Position numbers and translations under genes: made by a program
Part shown: piece after piece, positions 28,011-40,139 of the stretch
Layout: each line of letters opens with the position of its first letter
Position numbering within the stretch: the stretch's first letter is position 1
Notes under the pieces: model-generated
The model's database searches: none
The model's input: the letters and a program-made list of their open reading frames with translations, nothing else
What the model was told of the DNA's origin: nothing
Assembly (NCBI GenBank): GCA_951406725.2
Contig: OX597819.1
Span: 82,708,001 to 82,772,000, forward strand
Source of the DNA: Octopus vulgaris
Lineage: Eukaryota
Reading direction: 5' to 3'
Length of the DNA stretch: 64,000 bases

Positions 28011-29312
28011 AAGAGACCTTATAAGACATTTAACAATAGATTGCTGTTTACTTTTACAGAATTTACCAGAGTAAGTAAATTCAAGAGTTCTGAGAAATAA
28101 AATGGAAATAATAATAATAATAATCATCATCATCATTATTTGTCCAAGTGGATTTATTCACTGTCTAAAAAATAAAAGCATTATAAACAAGTTCTAGTTA
28201 AATATTAAGTGTCTAGACAATCACACAGTGATTCTAAATATCTATTTATAAAACTGTATGCTATAAAGAGGTAATGCATATAATACGTACTTCCTTCAAA
28301 ATGTTCGTTCTTTCTATAAAAAAATATGGACCATAGTAAATATTTGTGGAATTTAAAGGTTCTTCAGATAGTTAGAAATACTGATTACAGTATGAGTATA
28401 GCCAACAAAACATTTGTAAATTATCAGAAAGTTTGGTATGCTTGGCATATCATTCATGATCAACAGAACTTGAATCATGATCTGTAATGACTAATATACC
28501 TATGTTCAATGAAGATTTGAGGATTGAATCAACTTTCTAATTAGTGGCCCAAGTAACTGATAAATTTTAGAATCATTCACATTCTGATGGATTATTTGTC
28601 AGTGATGATATCACTATTATTTGCTTCTATCTGTAATATATCTATTGTTTCTATCACTGGTAAAAGTAGAAGTTCCTTGTCAGTTTATATGGTGTTAAAT
28701 ACACATGATTAGCAAAATCACTAGAGCACCAGATAAAATACCTTCCAGTATTTAGTTATGGCCTTTTATATTCTGAGATCAAAATCTGCTAAGATCAGTT
28801 AGTTTAACCTTTCTTTCTGCCAAGGTCAGTTTACTCTTTTATCTTTCTTAGATTGATAAATTAAAACACCAGTACTGACAGTGATTTAATAAACTGTTCT
28901 ACACAAAAATGTGTAGCTTTGAACCTATAATACACATTAACAATATCATTGACTGAGGCATTGCTACTCCAAGGGCGTTTGATGCTGAAGCCATTTAAAC
29001 ATTAAAATTTACTAGTCTATAAACTGTAGAACAATTGATGTAAATATTCTAGAACATGGTGTCCAAAGATTTGGAAGAGGATCTGACCTGAATAAATATT
29101 ATGACATCCATCATCATTGAACATCCATTTTTCCACGCTTTATTTGGTTAGAAAATTTATTGAAGCAGATTTTCTATGGCATGAAGACTAGAATTGAACA
29201 ACATCTCTTGTATAACAATGATGCAAATTTACAACCATACAAAAGGTGTGCACTAAAACACACATGCACACAGAAACACATACACACACATATACTCATA
29301 CATACATACACA

Positions 29313-29445
29313 ACAGGTTTTTATTAGTTTCCATTTTGGCTGGGACTATAGCAGAAGGCACTTGTCCACGGTTTCATGCTGTAGGAGTGAACCTGTGAGC
29401 ACGTGGTTGGGAGGCAAGCTTCTTAGCCACACAACCACATCTAAA
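29313..29445 (-). mobile_element. tRNA-derived SINE head fragment (family of 48510)
   Basis: gtggttgggaggcaagcttcttagccacacaaccac is the reverse complement of the SINE head. Confidence 0.55.
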
Positions 29446-30472
29446 CCTAATTCATAAAATAGAAATAAAGCAATCTAAAGAAACCATATTTTCTTTAAAA
29501 AAAAACTTGAATGTACTAGTTTTATGTCATTACGTTTTTCAGTGAGACTGAAAAGTAAATGTGTAAGATGTGAAACTCTTCAAAACAGCTCATATTCTTT
29601 AAACACAGACATCAATGTTAAGATCAGAAAATAGCTGTATTAATTCCTATTATATTTTCTTCCACATATTGATTTTGTGTGAGCTTATCTGATGGTTCTC
29701 AAACAGAACTTCAGGTTTAATTTGAGACTCATAACATTTGTCCTCAACATCATCATCGTAATCATCACCATCATTCTAAGAGGATTTTCTAGAACTGCTA
29801 TTACTCTAAAGTATATAAATACAAAATGGGAATTAACTCATTTTATTGTCATAGATTTAGTGTAGTTATTAGAGAATGGCTTTAAGTTATTAGGTAGTCT
29901 AAGTCTTGATACAAAGAAAAATTACTAAAGTTCTTAGGAAAAGTATGAGTTCCTTACTACCCATTTCTTTATTCTTCAAATCTGTTTTCATGACAGTGTA
30001 AATAAAACCAATGGACCATTTAGGGGTTTTACAAAATGATATGACCTGATAGCATCTAGAGTGATCATGAGGTCTCTGGGGTACAGCCCCCTGGAACTCA
30101 CTCCTACTCTCATGTCTTTTCTGCTGGTGCTGACTTGCAATGACTCAATAGAAACATTTGTTGAAGGAGGAGGAGGAGGGGCAGTGCCTATGGTATTTGC
30201 ATCCCTCTCCCAGTCCTGAATTGCGGGCATTGTGTGATGATTACTGAACTTCCAAGTCTGTGATCTAATGTCTACAGTAAACTCATGAGTGGAGGGTTGC
30301 CAAAGATCTGATTTGAATAATTGCAAAAGAATGAACTCTACTAAAGCTATCTGAAGTAGATGTGGTGGTGTGAATGCATGTGGTATATATGCATGGGTGT
30401 GTATAACCACATGTGGACTGTTGGCAATTTTGCTCCTCAGTCTTCCATTTATCTTGGACTTCTCTCTGTCTC

Positions 30473-30511
30473 CTGTTACCGAAGAAGAGTTTTGCTCAAA
30501 ATGTAAAACAG
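30473..30511 (+). ncRNA. degenerate hammerhead relic (related to 35800 family)
   Basis: CUGUU-a-CCGAAGA-A-GAGU(uuu)GCUC-AAAA-UG-U-A-AAACAG; core mutated at U4 and G12. Confidence 0.35.
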
Positions 30512-30711
30512 CCTTTCTTTCCTTCTCTGAACGTTTTATTAATACTTTGCATATAACACATCTTCGTATTGTTTTTTTCTTGTTGTCCTTCTTTCCTCTG
30601 TTTTTCTTATTAACTATATATATATATGTTCATATGTGTGTATATATATATATATGTATGTGTGTATGTGTGTATGTATGTTCATATGTATATATATTAT
30701 ATATATGTATG

Positions 30712-30756
<45 letters not shown>

Positions 30757-30909
30757 ATGTATGTGTGTGTATGTATATATATATATATATAGAGAGAGAG
30801 ATAGATAGATATATCCATATGTATATATATGTATGTGTGTATATGTTTGTGTGTGTGCATGTATATATATATATATATACACGCACTCATATTCATATGT
30901 TCTTATGTA

Positions 30910-32158
30910 CAGGGTTGGACAAAATAATGGAAACACTTTAAAATTTCTTTCAAACAAATTTATTTTAATATAGGATGGGACCGCCTTTGGCAGTAATTAC
31001 AGCTTGAATTCTAGGAGGTTTGAACTCATACAAATTTTGAATTGTTTCCAAAGGAATTTTAGTCCATTCTTCAGCTAAAGCAGTCTCCAGATCTTGTAGT
31101 AATGATAGTGGAGGATATCAACTTTAAAATGCACCATAAATGTTCAATGATATTGAAATCCGGGGACTGTGGTGAAGACGTTTAACTTCACTAGAATGTT
31201 CCTCATGCCATTCAGTAACAACTTTAGCTGTGTGAATTGGTGCATTATCATCCTGAAAGATTGTGTTTCCCTCTGGAAACAGTTCTGCAACCATAGGATG
31301 AATTTGATGAGATAAAATGCTTAAATAGTCTTGACTATTAATTCTGTCATGAAGGGAAACCATTGGGCCAGTGGATTTCCAAGATATAGCCCCCCCCCCC
31401 CCCCCGATCATCACAGATCCTCCTCCGTGTTTAACAGTTAGAAGAAGGCAGTCTGGGTCAAATGCTTCTTTTGACTGTCTCTGCATATATATTCAGCCAG
31501 TTGTTGGTAAAGAATGACTCATCCAAGAAAATAACATTCTTCCACTGCTCTAGGGACCAATTTTGTAGGTTTTTACTCCACTGTAAACATTTTGCAATGT
31601 TTGTCTTTGAAAGTAGTGGTTTTCTGATTGCAGCCCTCCCATGAAATCCGGCTTTGTGCTGCTCCCAGTGTGCAGGTTTTTGTGGAAACTGGGTTCTCGA
31701 GTTTGTCAATGAGCTCTGCGTAGTTTTGGGAGCTGTACTTTTGTGATCCTCTCTAACAATTCACGTAAGAGTCTGATGGTCCCTATCTGAAAGGTTTAGT
31801 TTTCTTCCGGAGTTTTGTTTCAACATGGAAGTTTTTACCCTCTTTCTCAAAGGTTGTCATTACTTTCGAGACAGCTCTTTTTGATACACCAAACATATCA
31901 GCTGTTTTTATTACACTTGTGCCTGTTACACAATCTCTAACAATTTGACCTCTTTGAAAGTCCGATAGATCTGTCATTTTAATGAATTTTAATTCCCTTT
32001 TTCTGATGATATCCGAAAAGAGACAGCAATTTTAGCAAAATATATCAAACAACACTAATAATAAATCACAAAAAACATAAAAATAAACAAGCTTTTGATG
32101 GTTTTATAGATATTTCAAAATTATGATGGTAGGTTTACATTATTTTGTCTAACCCCTG
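30910..32158 (-). mobile_element. Tc1-like DNA transposon (DD34E type), near full length, frameshifted transposase ~31977-31060
   Basis: TIRs cagggttggacaaaataatg / cattattttgtctaacccctg with TA on the left; motifs MTDLSDFQRGQIV, WKNVIFLDES, TVKHGGGSVM, FQDDNAPIH, SPDFNIIE. Confidence 0.9.
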
Positions 32159-32199
32159 TGCAGTGAATAACTTGCTGTTCAAATTACGTAAAAATGAAA

Positions 32200-32790
32200 A
32201 TAAAACTGACATCTCATTTTGGCAGATATATTTACCAAAATTACATAAAAATATCTTGAAATACTAAAGAGTAAATGTATTCAATAAAATCGCTATTGGT
32301 TTCAACTGCAGCCTCCAAATGATTTCAAAACCTCCTGCAACTCTTCTGGATGAACTTCTTGTTTAAGTTGGTGAATACTGCCATAATCCTTGCCTTCAGT
32401 TCATCTTTGGTGTTACACAGAGTTTCGCTGGTCTCTTGCATAACTGCAATCTACACATAATAATCAATGGGGTTGCAATCTGGGGAGTTAGGTGGCCAGA
32501 TGTTAAGTGTGATGTGATCTCAAAATTTGTCTGACAGCTATGACTGGGGTCTCCTGCTTGTGTGGCATGGTGCCAAGGCCTGTTGCCAGACATAGGGTCT
32601 TCCAGCAGCCACTCTGTTGACCCAGGACAGCACTACCTCCTTCAGGCACATGTTTTAGGCTTCTGTGTTGACTCTGAGGCCATGTAGGAAGATGAATGGA
32701 AGTATTAAATCTCTATCGTTAGCAATCACACCAAATATCATGATGTTGACTGGATATTTGGTTTTTATCACGCTCGGTACATGTCCTCAG
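32200..32790 (-). mobile_element. decayed maT-like (DD37D) transposon 3' part
   Basis: Minus strand YVWQQALAPCHTSR...WPPNSPDCNPIDY; 37 residues between the (mutated) second D position and the third D. Confidence 0.65.
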
Positions 32791-32923
32791 ATTGCATTCT
32801 CCAGAGATTAACACCCAAACACTCTGGAATTTTCATATTGGAGCTTCTGGCATGAATGCCAAACAGTACAGCTGGAAGAAGGCAGTCTGGGTCAAATGCT
32901 TGTTTTGGCTGTCTCTGCACATA

Positions 32924-34453
32924 CGAGGGCGTTCAATAAGTAATGCCCCTGACCCACTTCCCATAGCAGTAGAGCAACGAAACTTGGCACAGTTATTAGT
33001 CTTTTTCTATATAGGAACCACCCGGAATTACGCATTTCTCCCATTGTTTGATGCAGCTCTGGAGACCGTTTTTGTAGAAGACCCCAGCTTGGTCCTCCAA
33101 CCTGAAATCAAGGCTGCATCATCTGTGCTTCTATATATTATCAGTTGCTACCTCAAGGATAACATGGAACGGTCCAATTTAGTTAGTTACGAGGAGCGTT
33201 CAATAAGTAATACCCCTGACCCACTTCCCATAGCAGTAGAGCAACGAAACTTGGCACAGTTATTAGTCTTTTTCTACATAGGAACCACCCAGAGTTACGC
33301 ATTTCTCCCATCGTTTGATGCGGCTCTGGAGACCGTTTTTGTAGAAGAACCCAGCTTGGTCCTCCAACCTCAACGTGACTTCAGAAATCAAGGCTGCATC
33401 ATCTGGGAAATGCTTTCCTTTCAAAAACAACTTCATGATTGGGAAGAGGTGAAAATCAGAGGGTGCAAGGTCAGGAAAGTAAGGGGGATGGGGAGGAGTT
33501 CATAGCCATACGCCTGTGCTTCTGATCTGGCAACAAGCAAGTTGTGGACCGGAGCGTTGTCCTGCAGGAGGAGGATGCCTTTGCTGATCTTGCCCCGCCT
33601 CTAGATTTTGATAACTTCTCTTAATTTCCTCAAAAGTGAAGCATAATAGGCTCCTGCAATTGTGGTACCCTTTGCCAGGAAATCTGTCATCACTACTCCG
33701 TCCTGGTCCCAGAAGACTGTGATCATGACCTTGCCAGCAGAGGGCTGCACCCTTGCCTTCTTTAGAGGGGGTGAGTCACGGTGCTTCCACTGCATTGACT
33801 GGGCTTTGGTCTCTGGATCATCGTGATGGACCCAGGTTTCATCCTGTGTAATCAGTCTTTTGAAAAATTTTGACTCATCTTCTTGGCACATCTCCAAATT
33901 CACCCTCGAGCACTCGACGCGTTCTTGCTTCTGGAAAGGCGTGAGCAACCTGGGAATCCATCTGGCAGACACCTTTTGCATATGCAAATGGTCATGAATG
34001 ATAGTTTCCACAGACCCGGTACTAATTTTGACCTCATGGGCTATTTGGCGAATAATTATGCGTCGATCTTCCAAAATGGCAGCCTCAACTTGACGGACAG
34101 ATGCCTCATCAATGGCAGAAGGGGGCGACCAGATCTGGGAGCTGTTTCCACAGAGTTCCGACCATGTTTGAATTCACGATGCCAGCGTTTTACAAGGTCA
34201 TATGATGGGGCATCATCACCATAAGTTACTTTTATTTCATCAAAAGTCTCCCGTGGTGTGCGTCCTTTCAAATACAAAAACCGGATCACTGCTCGACACT
34301 CAACAGGCTCCATTTCACACTTGACTCGGTTCAAACACCTGTAAATCAGAAACCACAATTAATTCAGAGCTGTAATTTGCCACTTACTCTATAGAGATAT
34401 AAATGATTGCACATGCAAGTGGGTCAGAGGCATTACTTATTGAACGTCCCTCG
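32924..34453 (-). mobile_element. mariner (DD34D-type) transposon 33190-34453 with an extra duplicated end at 32924-33187
   Basis: TIR cgagg(g/a)cgttcaataagtaatgcccctgacccactt at 32924 and 33190, inverted at 34417-34453; each flanked by TA. Confidence 0.9.
33263..34313 (-). pseudogene. mariner transposase pseudogene
   Basis: MEPVECRAVIRFLY..., ARWIPRLL, LITQDETWVHH, LLQDNAPVH, SDFHLF, WEKCVTLGGSYVEKD*; frameshifts plus an in-frame stop at 33601. Confidence 0.9.
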
Positions 34454-34517
34454 TATACACAGCCAGTGGGCGGAAATAAGGTAAAGGATGACTCAGAGTG
34501 AATACATATAAATATGT

Positions 34518-34560
<43 letters not shown>

Positions 34561-35468
34561 TGTATATGTATGTATATATATGTATGTGTATATATACATA
34601 TATATCTGGTTTTACTTGCAGAAATTTCTTCAGACTCCATTTAAAGGTGATGGAATCCTTTCTGCTTTGATCAGTTTTGGGACAATGATAAATAGGCAGG
34701 GCCTGTTGAGGAAAAAATTTTGTTGCAGTGTGTATATATGTATATGTATATATATATATATGGAAGAAGGTTTGAAAATGCAATTTTAAAAGATGTTTAT
34801 TCACTATACATATATACATTCTTTGATAATAATAAGAAAATGTTAAAAACACTTTACAGAAAAAATTATTAAAAAGTTCATAAAGAATATTGGGATTATC
34901 TATATATTTGGAAGTATCTATATATACACACAGAAAATTATAAGTTCAAAAAGGTCATATTTTGGTAGTATGTATATGTACAACGAAGGAAATATATTTA
35001 GTTGACAAAGAATTTGGGATGAACTGACCTGTTTCACCATTTTATCGTAAAAGACTATTTTCTATTTCAAGGGACAGTGTAGGAGTTGTGTTTGGGTGAG
35101 GGGAAGGAATAGCAATGTATATGAGAGCAATATATGTATATATATATATATGTGTGTGTGTATATATGTATCTATATGTATATATATGTATCTATGTATC
35201 TATACGTATATATATGTATATATAGATATATGTATATATATATATATATGTATATGTATATATATATGTATATATATGTGTATATATATGTGTGTATATA
35301 TATATGTGTATATATGTGTGTATATATATATATATATATGTGTGTATATATGTAGATATCTATATATATGTAGATATGTATATATATAGATGTATATATA
35401 TATATGTAGATATGTATATATATATATGTATATATATATATATGTGTATATATATATGTATATATATA

Positions 35469-35502
<34 letters not shown>

Positions 35503-35662
35503 GATGAGTGTATTTTTACCTTGTTAACAATTAACACGGAAAAAACAAATAAATAGTTACCAGGGCAGCAAAAATAGTATCAGTGGAATTTTCGAAACAT
35601 GTGTCGAAAGTAAAAATATTTGATTTCACCTGCGTTAACTCATATATTTTTTATTCATATAA

Positions 35663-35700
<38 letters not shown>

Positions 35701-35701
<1 letters not shown>

Positions 35702-35962
35702 ACGGGAAGCTTTATGAAAATAAACAAAAGACGAAGGCAGGTGGAAAACAAACGAACAATTGTATTAGTATGGCGCTCAGGAAATATAAATAAAACAAGT
35801 CTTTAACGTTTCGAGCCTACGCTCTTCAACAGAAAGATACACAGAGAGAGAAAAACACAGAAAGAAGGAGAGAAAAAAAATGCGTGCAGTAGCTAACGAA
35901 TCAACATGGCGATCTGATTTCGGCCAGAGGTCAAAGATCAAACATGAGACGCGAGAGCGAAA
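35701..35962 (-). mobile_element. ~260-bp non-coding hammerhead-bearing element in (TA)n (PLE pseudo-LTR/retrozyme-like)
   Basis: Unique sequence island bounded on both sides by TA arrays and containing a hammerhead-like fold. Confidence 0.55.
35800..35837 (-). ncRNA. minimal type I hammerhead variant (CUGUUGA core)
   Basis: UCUUU-CUGUUGA-A-GAGC(GUAG)GCUC-GAAA-CG-U-U-AAAGA; perfect stems I and II, palindromic AACGUU stem III. Confidence 0.65.
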
Positions 35963-36511
35963 TATATATATATATATATGTATATATATGCATGTATATA
36001 TGTATATGTATATATGCATGTATATATATATATGCATATATGAATATATATATCATTGTATATATGTGTGTGTGTGTATAGTTGAAAAATATCGTTATAA
36101 ATTGTAGTAGAATGGAGGAGAAAAAGATGTTGCATCAAAATTAGATTTAATATAAAAGAGGATTTACTACTTGCTCTGGCTGTTTTTTATGAATATGATG
36201 AATCTATATTAGAAATCATTCTTCTCTCTTTTTGGACCTCTCAAAAAGTTTGAATTGTTCTTTTTTGAACTTTTTTTCCCACATACATATATGTATATAT
36301 ATATGTATGCATATATATGTGTATGTATATATATGTATATATATATATGTATGTATATATGTATCATTTACATATATATGTATATATATGTATATATATA
36401 TATGTGTGTATGTATGTACGTATGTATATATGTGTATGTATGTATATATATATATATGTATTATATGTATATATATATGTATGCATATATATGTATATAT
36501 ATATGAATGTA

Positions 36512-36895
36512 TCATCATCATTTTACGTCCGCTTTCCGTGCTGTCATATGTTGGACGGTTTGACTGAGGACTGGTGAGCCAGAGGCTGCACCAGGCTCAA
36601 TCTGATCTAGCAAGTTTCAACAGCTTGATGCCCTTCCTAATGCCAACCACTCCAAGAGTGTAGTGGGTGCTTTTACGTGCCACCAGCATGAGTCCCAGTC
36701 AGTTGGTACAGGCAACGACCACGCTCAAAAGGTGTTTTTCATGCTACCTGCATGGGAGCCTGTCTGGTGACACTGGCTCGAATGTCTTTTTCACATGCTA
36801 CCAGCACATGTACGGGTAAAGCGATGCTGGCAACGATCATGCTCGAATGGAGCTTTTTACATGTCACTGGCATGGGAGCCAATCCATCACCCTGT
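36512..36895 (-). mobile_element. RTE LINE 3' end with four degenerate 3' UTR repeat units
   Basis: Reverse complement of the 39270-39450 tail, plus repeated gtgcttttta(c)gtgccacc-like motifs at ~36668, 36731, 36784 and 36850. Confidence 0.8.
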
Positions 36896-36927
36896 ATATA
36901 TTTGTATGTGTATATATATATATGTAT

Positions 36928-38767
36928 CTAAGAAAGAGGCTTGGAGAAGCCATTATGAAAGACTGCTGAATGTGGAGAATGAATGGGAGGAGGAGAGCCT
37001 GCCAAATGTTGACCCAGTAGAGGGACCAGCTATCCAAATAGACAGCTCCCTTGTAGTTAAGGCAATTAAGGATATGAAACCAGGTAAAGCCCCCGGCCCA
37101 TCAGGTATCACTGCTGAGATGCATAAAACAGCTGGTTATGCGGGCTATGGCCTAGTCACCTGTATTGTTAACCAGGTAGTTCATAATGGAGTCATACCCA
37201 ATGACTGGCGTAGCAGCACCATAGTCAACTGCTACAAGGGTAAGGGTGATGCTCTAGATAGAAATAACTACAGGGGTATTAAACTGTTGGATCAGGTGAT
37301 GAAGGCCACAGAGAAGGTCATGACCCATCTCATTAGGGAGAGAATTTGCTTAGATGAGATGCAGTTCGGTTTTGTACCGGGTAGAAGTACCACTGATGCT
37401 ATATTCCTGGTCCGACAACTGCAGGAGAAGTACCTAGCTAAAGATAAACCCCTCTACATAGCTTTTGTGGACTTGGAGAAAGCCTTTGACTGGGTTCCCC
37501 GATCCCTTATCTGGTGGCCGATATGGAAACTGTTGATTGACGAATGGCTAATAAGGGCTGTACAGGCTCTATACAGAGAGGCTGTCAGCAAGGTTAGGAT
37601 TGGCAACGAATATAGTGAAGAATTCCAGGTAGAAGTAGGTGTACACCAGGGCTCAGCCCTCAGTCCCCTTTTATTCATCATAGTCCTCCAGGCAATAACA
37701 GAGGAATTCAAAACAGGTTGCCCCTGGGAGCTCCTCTATGCTGATGACCTGGCCCTCATAGCAGAATCACTGAATCACTACCGGAACTAAAAAAGAAATT
37801 TCGGGTGTGGAAACAAGGGTTAGAATCAAAGGGCCTTAGAGTAAATGTAGCGAAGACCAAAGTTATAGTATGCAGAAAGGCGAACTCAGCACACACCCTA
37901 TCGGGCAGGTGGCCCTGCTCGAGCTGTAGGAAAGGTGTAGGTAGAAACTCCATAAGATGCACCCAGTGTAAGCTATGGACGCATAAGAGGTGCAGCAACA
38001 TCAAAGGGAAATTAACTGATAAGATAGCTATCATGTGCGGCAGATGCACAGGGACAATAGACACCACAGACACTCAGAAAACAGATTCCATCACACTCCA
38101 GGGAGAGAAACTAGAAGTAGTTGATAGTTTCCGCTACCTGGGTAACCAAGTTAGTAGTGGGGGTGGATGCTCAGAGAGTATCACCACTAGAACACGAATA
38201 GCCTGGGTAAAGTTTAGAAAGCTCCTACCCCTACTGGCGACAAAGGGTCTCTCACTCAGAGTGAAAGGTAGATTGTATGATGCATGTGTGCGAACTGCCA
38301 TGCTTCACGGCAGTGAAACATGGGCCGTGACTGCAGAGGACATGCGTAGACTTGAAAGAAATGAAGCTAGCATGATCCGCTGGATGTGTAATGTCAGTGT
38401 GAATGCACGACAGAGTGTAAGCGCCCTGAGAGAAATGCTAGGCATAAGAAGCATCAGATGCGGTGTGCAAGAGTGGCGCTTGCGATGGTATGGTCATGTA
38501 CTGCGGATGGATGAGGAGAGATGTGTGAAGAAGTGCCACTCCCGAACAGTTGAAGGAATTAGGGGGAGAGGTAGACCCAGGAAGACATGGGATGAGGTAG
38601 TCAAGCATGACCTCAGAGCGTTGGGCCTCATTGAGGCAATGGCGAAGGACCGAGATCTCTGGAGATGTACTGTGACTACTAAGAGCCGGGATGCTTCCAG
38701 CACCAGTTCCGCATACCCCCTGCCCATTCAAAGTACCTTGGATCCCGGAACATCTCGCTGTGCTTGA
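36928..38767 (+). pseudogene. RTE reverse transcriptase ORF (5'-truncated, one frameshift near 37770) with inserted PHD finger
   Basis: ORFs 36795-37790 and 37805-38767 join across a frameshift just after YADD. Confidence 0.9.
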
Positions 38768-38838
38768 GGAGACCTGTTGAGTCAAGTGCATGTACATGAC
38801 ATCAAACCAAATATCAATGGAAACAGTAGTTGTGATAC

Positions 38839-39293
38839 CTGTGCCGGTGAGACATAAAAAGCATCATCCGAATGTGGTCGTTGCCAGTGCAGCCTCGACT
38901 GGCTTCTGTGCCGGTGGCACATAAAAAGCACCATCCGAACGTGACCGATGCCAACCCTGCCTCGAATGGCTTCTGTGCCGGTGGCACATAAAAAGCACCA
39001 TCCGAACGTGGCCGATGCCAGCACCGCCTCGACTGGCTTCTGTGCCGGTGGCACATAAAAAGCACCAACCGATCGTGGCCGATGCCAGACCCCTCTGGCA
39101 CCTGTGGCCGTTGCCAGTGCCGCCTCGACCGGCTTCTGTGCCGGTGGCACACAAAAAGCTCCATCCGAACGTGACCGATGCCAACCCCACCTCGAATGGC
39201 TTCTGTGCCGGTGGCACATAAAAAGCACCAACCGATCGTGGCCGATGCCAGATCCCTCTGGCATCTGTGCAAGTGGCACGTAAAAAAGCACCC
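38839..39293 (+). repeat. tandem array of ~67-bp hairpin units in the RTE 3' UTR
   Basis: Core ctgtgccggtggcacataaaaagcacca starts at 38839, 38906, 38973, 39040, 39136, 39203 and 39265. Confidence 0.93.
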
Positions 39294-39462
39294 ACTACAC
39301 TCGCGGAGTGGTTGGCGTTAGGAAGGGCATCCAGCTGTAGAAACACTGCCAGATCAGACTGGAGCTTGGAGCAGCCCCTGGCTCCCCAGACCCCGGACGA
39401 TCCATCCAACCCTTGCTAGCGCGGAAAACGAACATTAAACGATGATGATGATGATGATGATG

Positions 39463-39463
39463 A

Positions 39464-39506
<43 letters not shown>

Positions 39507-39527
39507 ATATATATATATGTATCTATG

Positions 39528-39560
<33 letters not shown>

Positions 39561-39800
39561 ATGTATCTATGTATAAGTATATATATATGTATATGTATGT
39601 ATATGTATATATATGTATGTATATATATATATATATGTATATGCATATATATATATGTATATGTATATATATGTATATATATATATGTATATGTATGTAT
39701 ATGTATATATATGTATGTATATGTATATATATATATATGTATATATATATATGTATATATATATATGTATATGTATATATATGTATATATATGTATATGT

Positions 39801-39831
<31 letters not shown>

Positions 39832-39968
39832 TATATGTATATATATATGTATATGTATATATATATATATGTATATATATATGTATATATATATATATAT
39901 GTATATATATGTATATATATGTATATATATATGTATATGTATATATATGTATATATATATGTATATGT

Positions 39969-39999
<31 letters not shown>

Positions 40000-40018
40000 T
40001 ATATGTATATATATATAT
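39463..40018. repeat. compound (TA)n/(TATG)n microsatellite
   Basis: Directly visible. Confidence 0.95.
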
Positions 40019-40062
40019 GTAAATTGATCAAAATAAAAATAAAAACATGAGGCGAAGGATTC

Positions 40063-40139
40063 AGCGGTACATATGTTTCGGGCCTTTATTAGACAGATTT
40101 ATAACAAAGCATAATGTATGTCTGTGGCCTTCTTCAGCC
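40063..40139 (-). ncRNA. inverted copy of the 41848 hammerhead, stem I truncated
   Basis: Exact reverse complement of 41850-41926; only 2 bp of stem I remain. Confidence 0.55.

Larger units (their letters stand above)
36928..39462 (+). mobile_element. young 5'-truncated RTE-clade LINE
   Basis: RT motifs KAPGPSGI, YRGIKLL, QFGFVPGRSTTD, FVDLEKAFD, GVHQGSALSP, LLYADD, FRYLG, LRWYGHV, RGRGRPRKTW; 3' UTR ends in (GAT)n. Confidence 0.95.

Noticed and set aside
29988-30410. 140-aa minus-strand ORF
   Set aside because: No recognisable motif; probably repeat-derived.
32792-33505. 237-aa plus-strand ORF with internal repeat
   Set aside because: Antisense reading of the duplicated mariner end.
38839-39293. 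CRISPR array
   Set aside because: The spacers are homologous to each other, there are no cas genes, and the array is in a eukaryotic LINE 3' UTR.
38782-39409. Three overlapping minus-strand ORFs of 150-180 aa
   Set aside because: Product of a stop-free 67-bp tandem repeat read in rotating frames.
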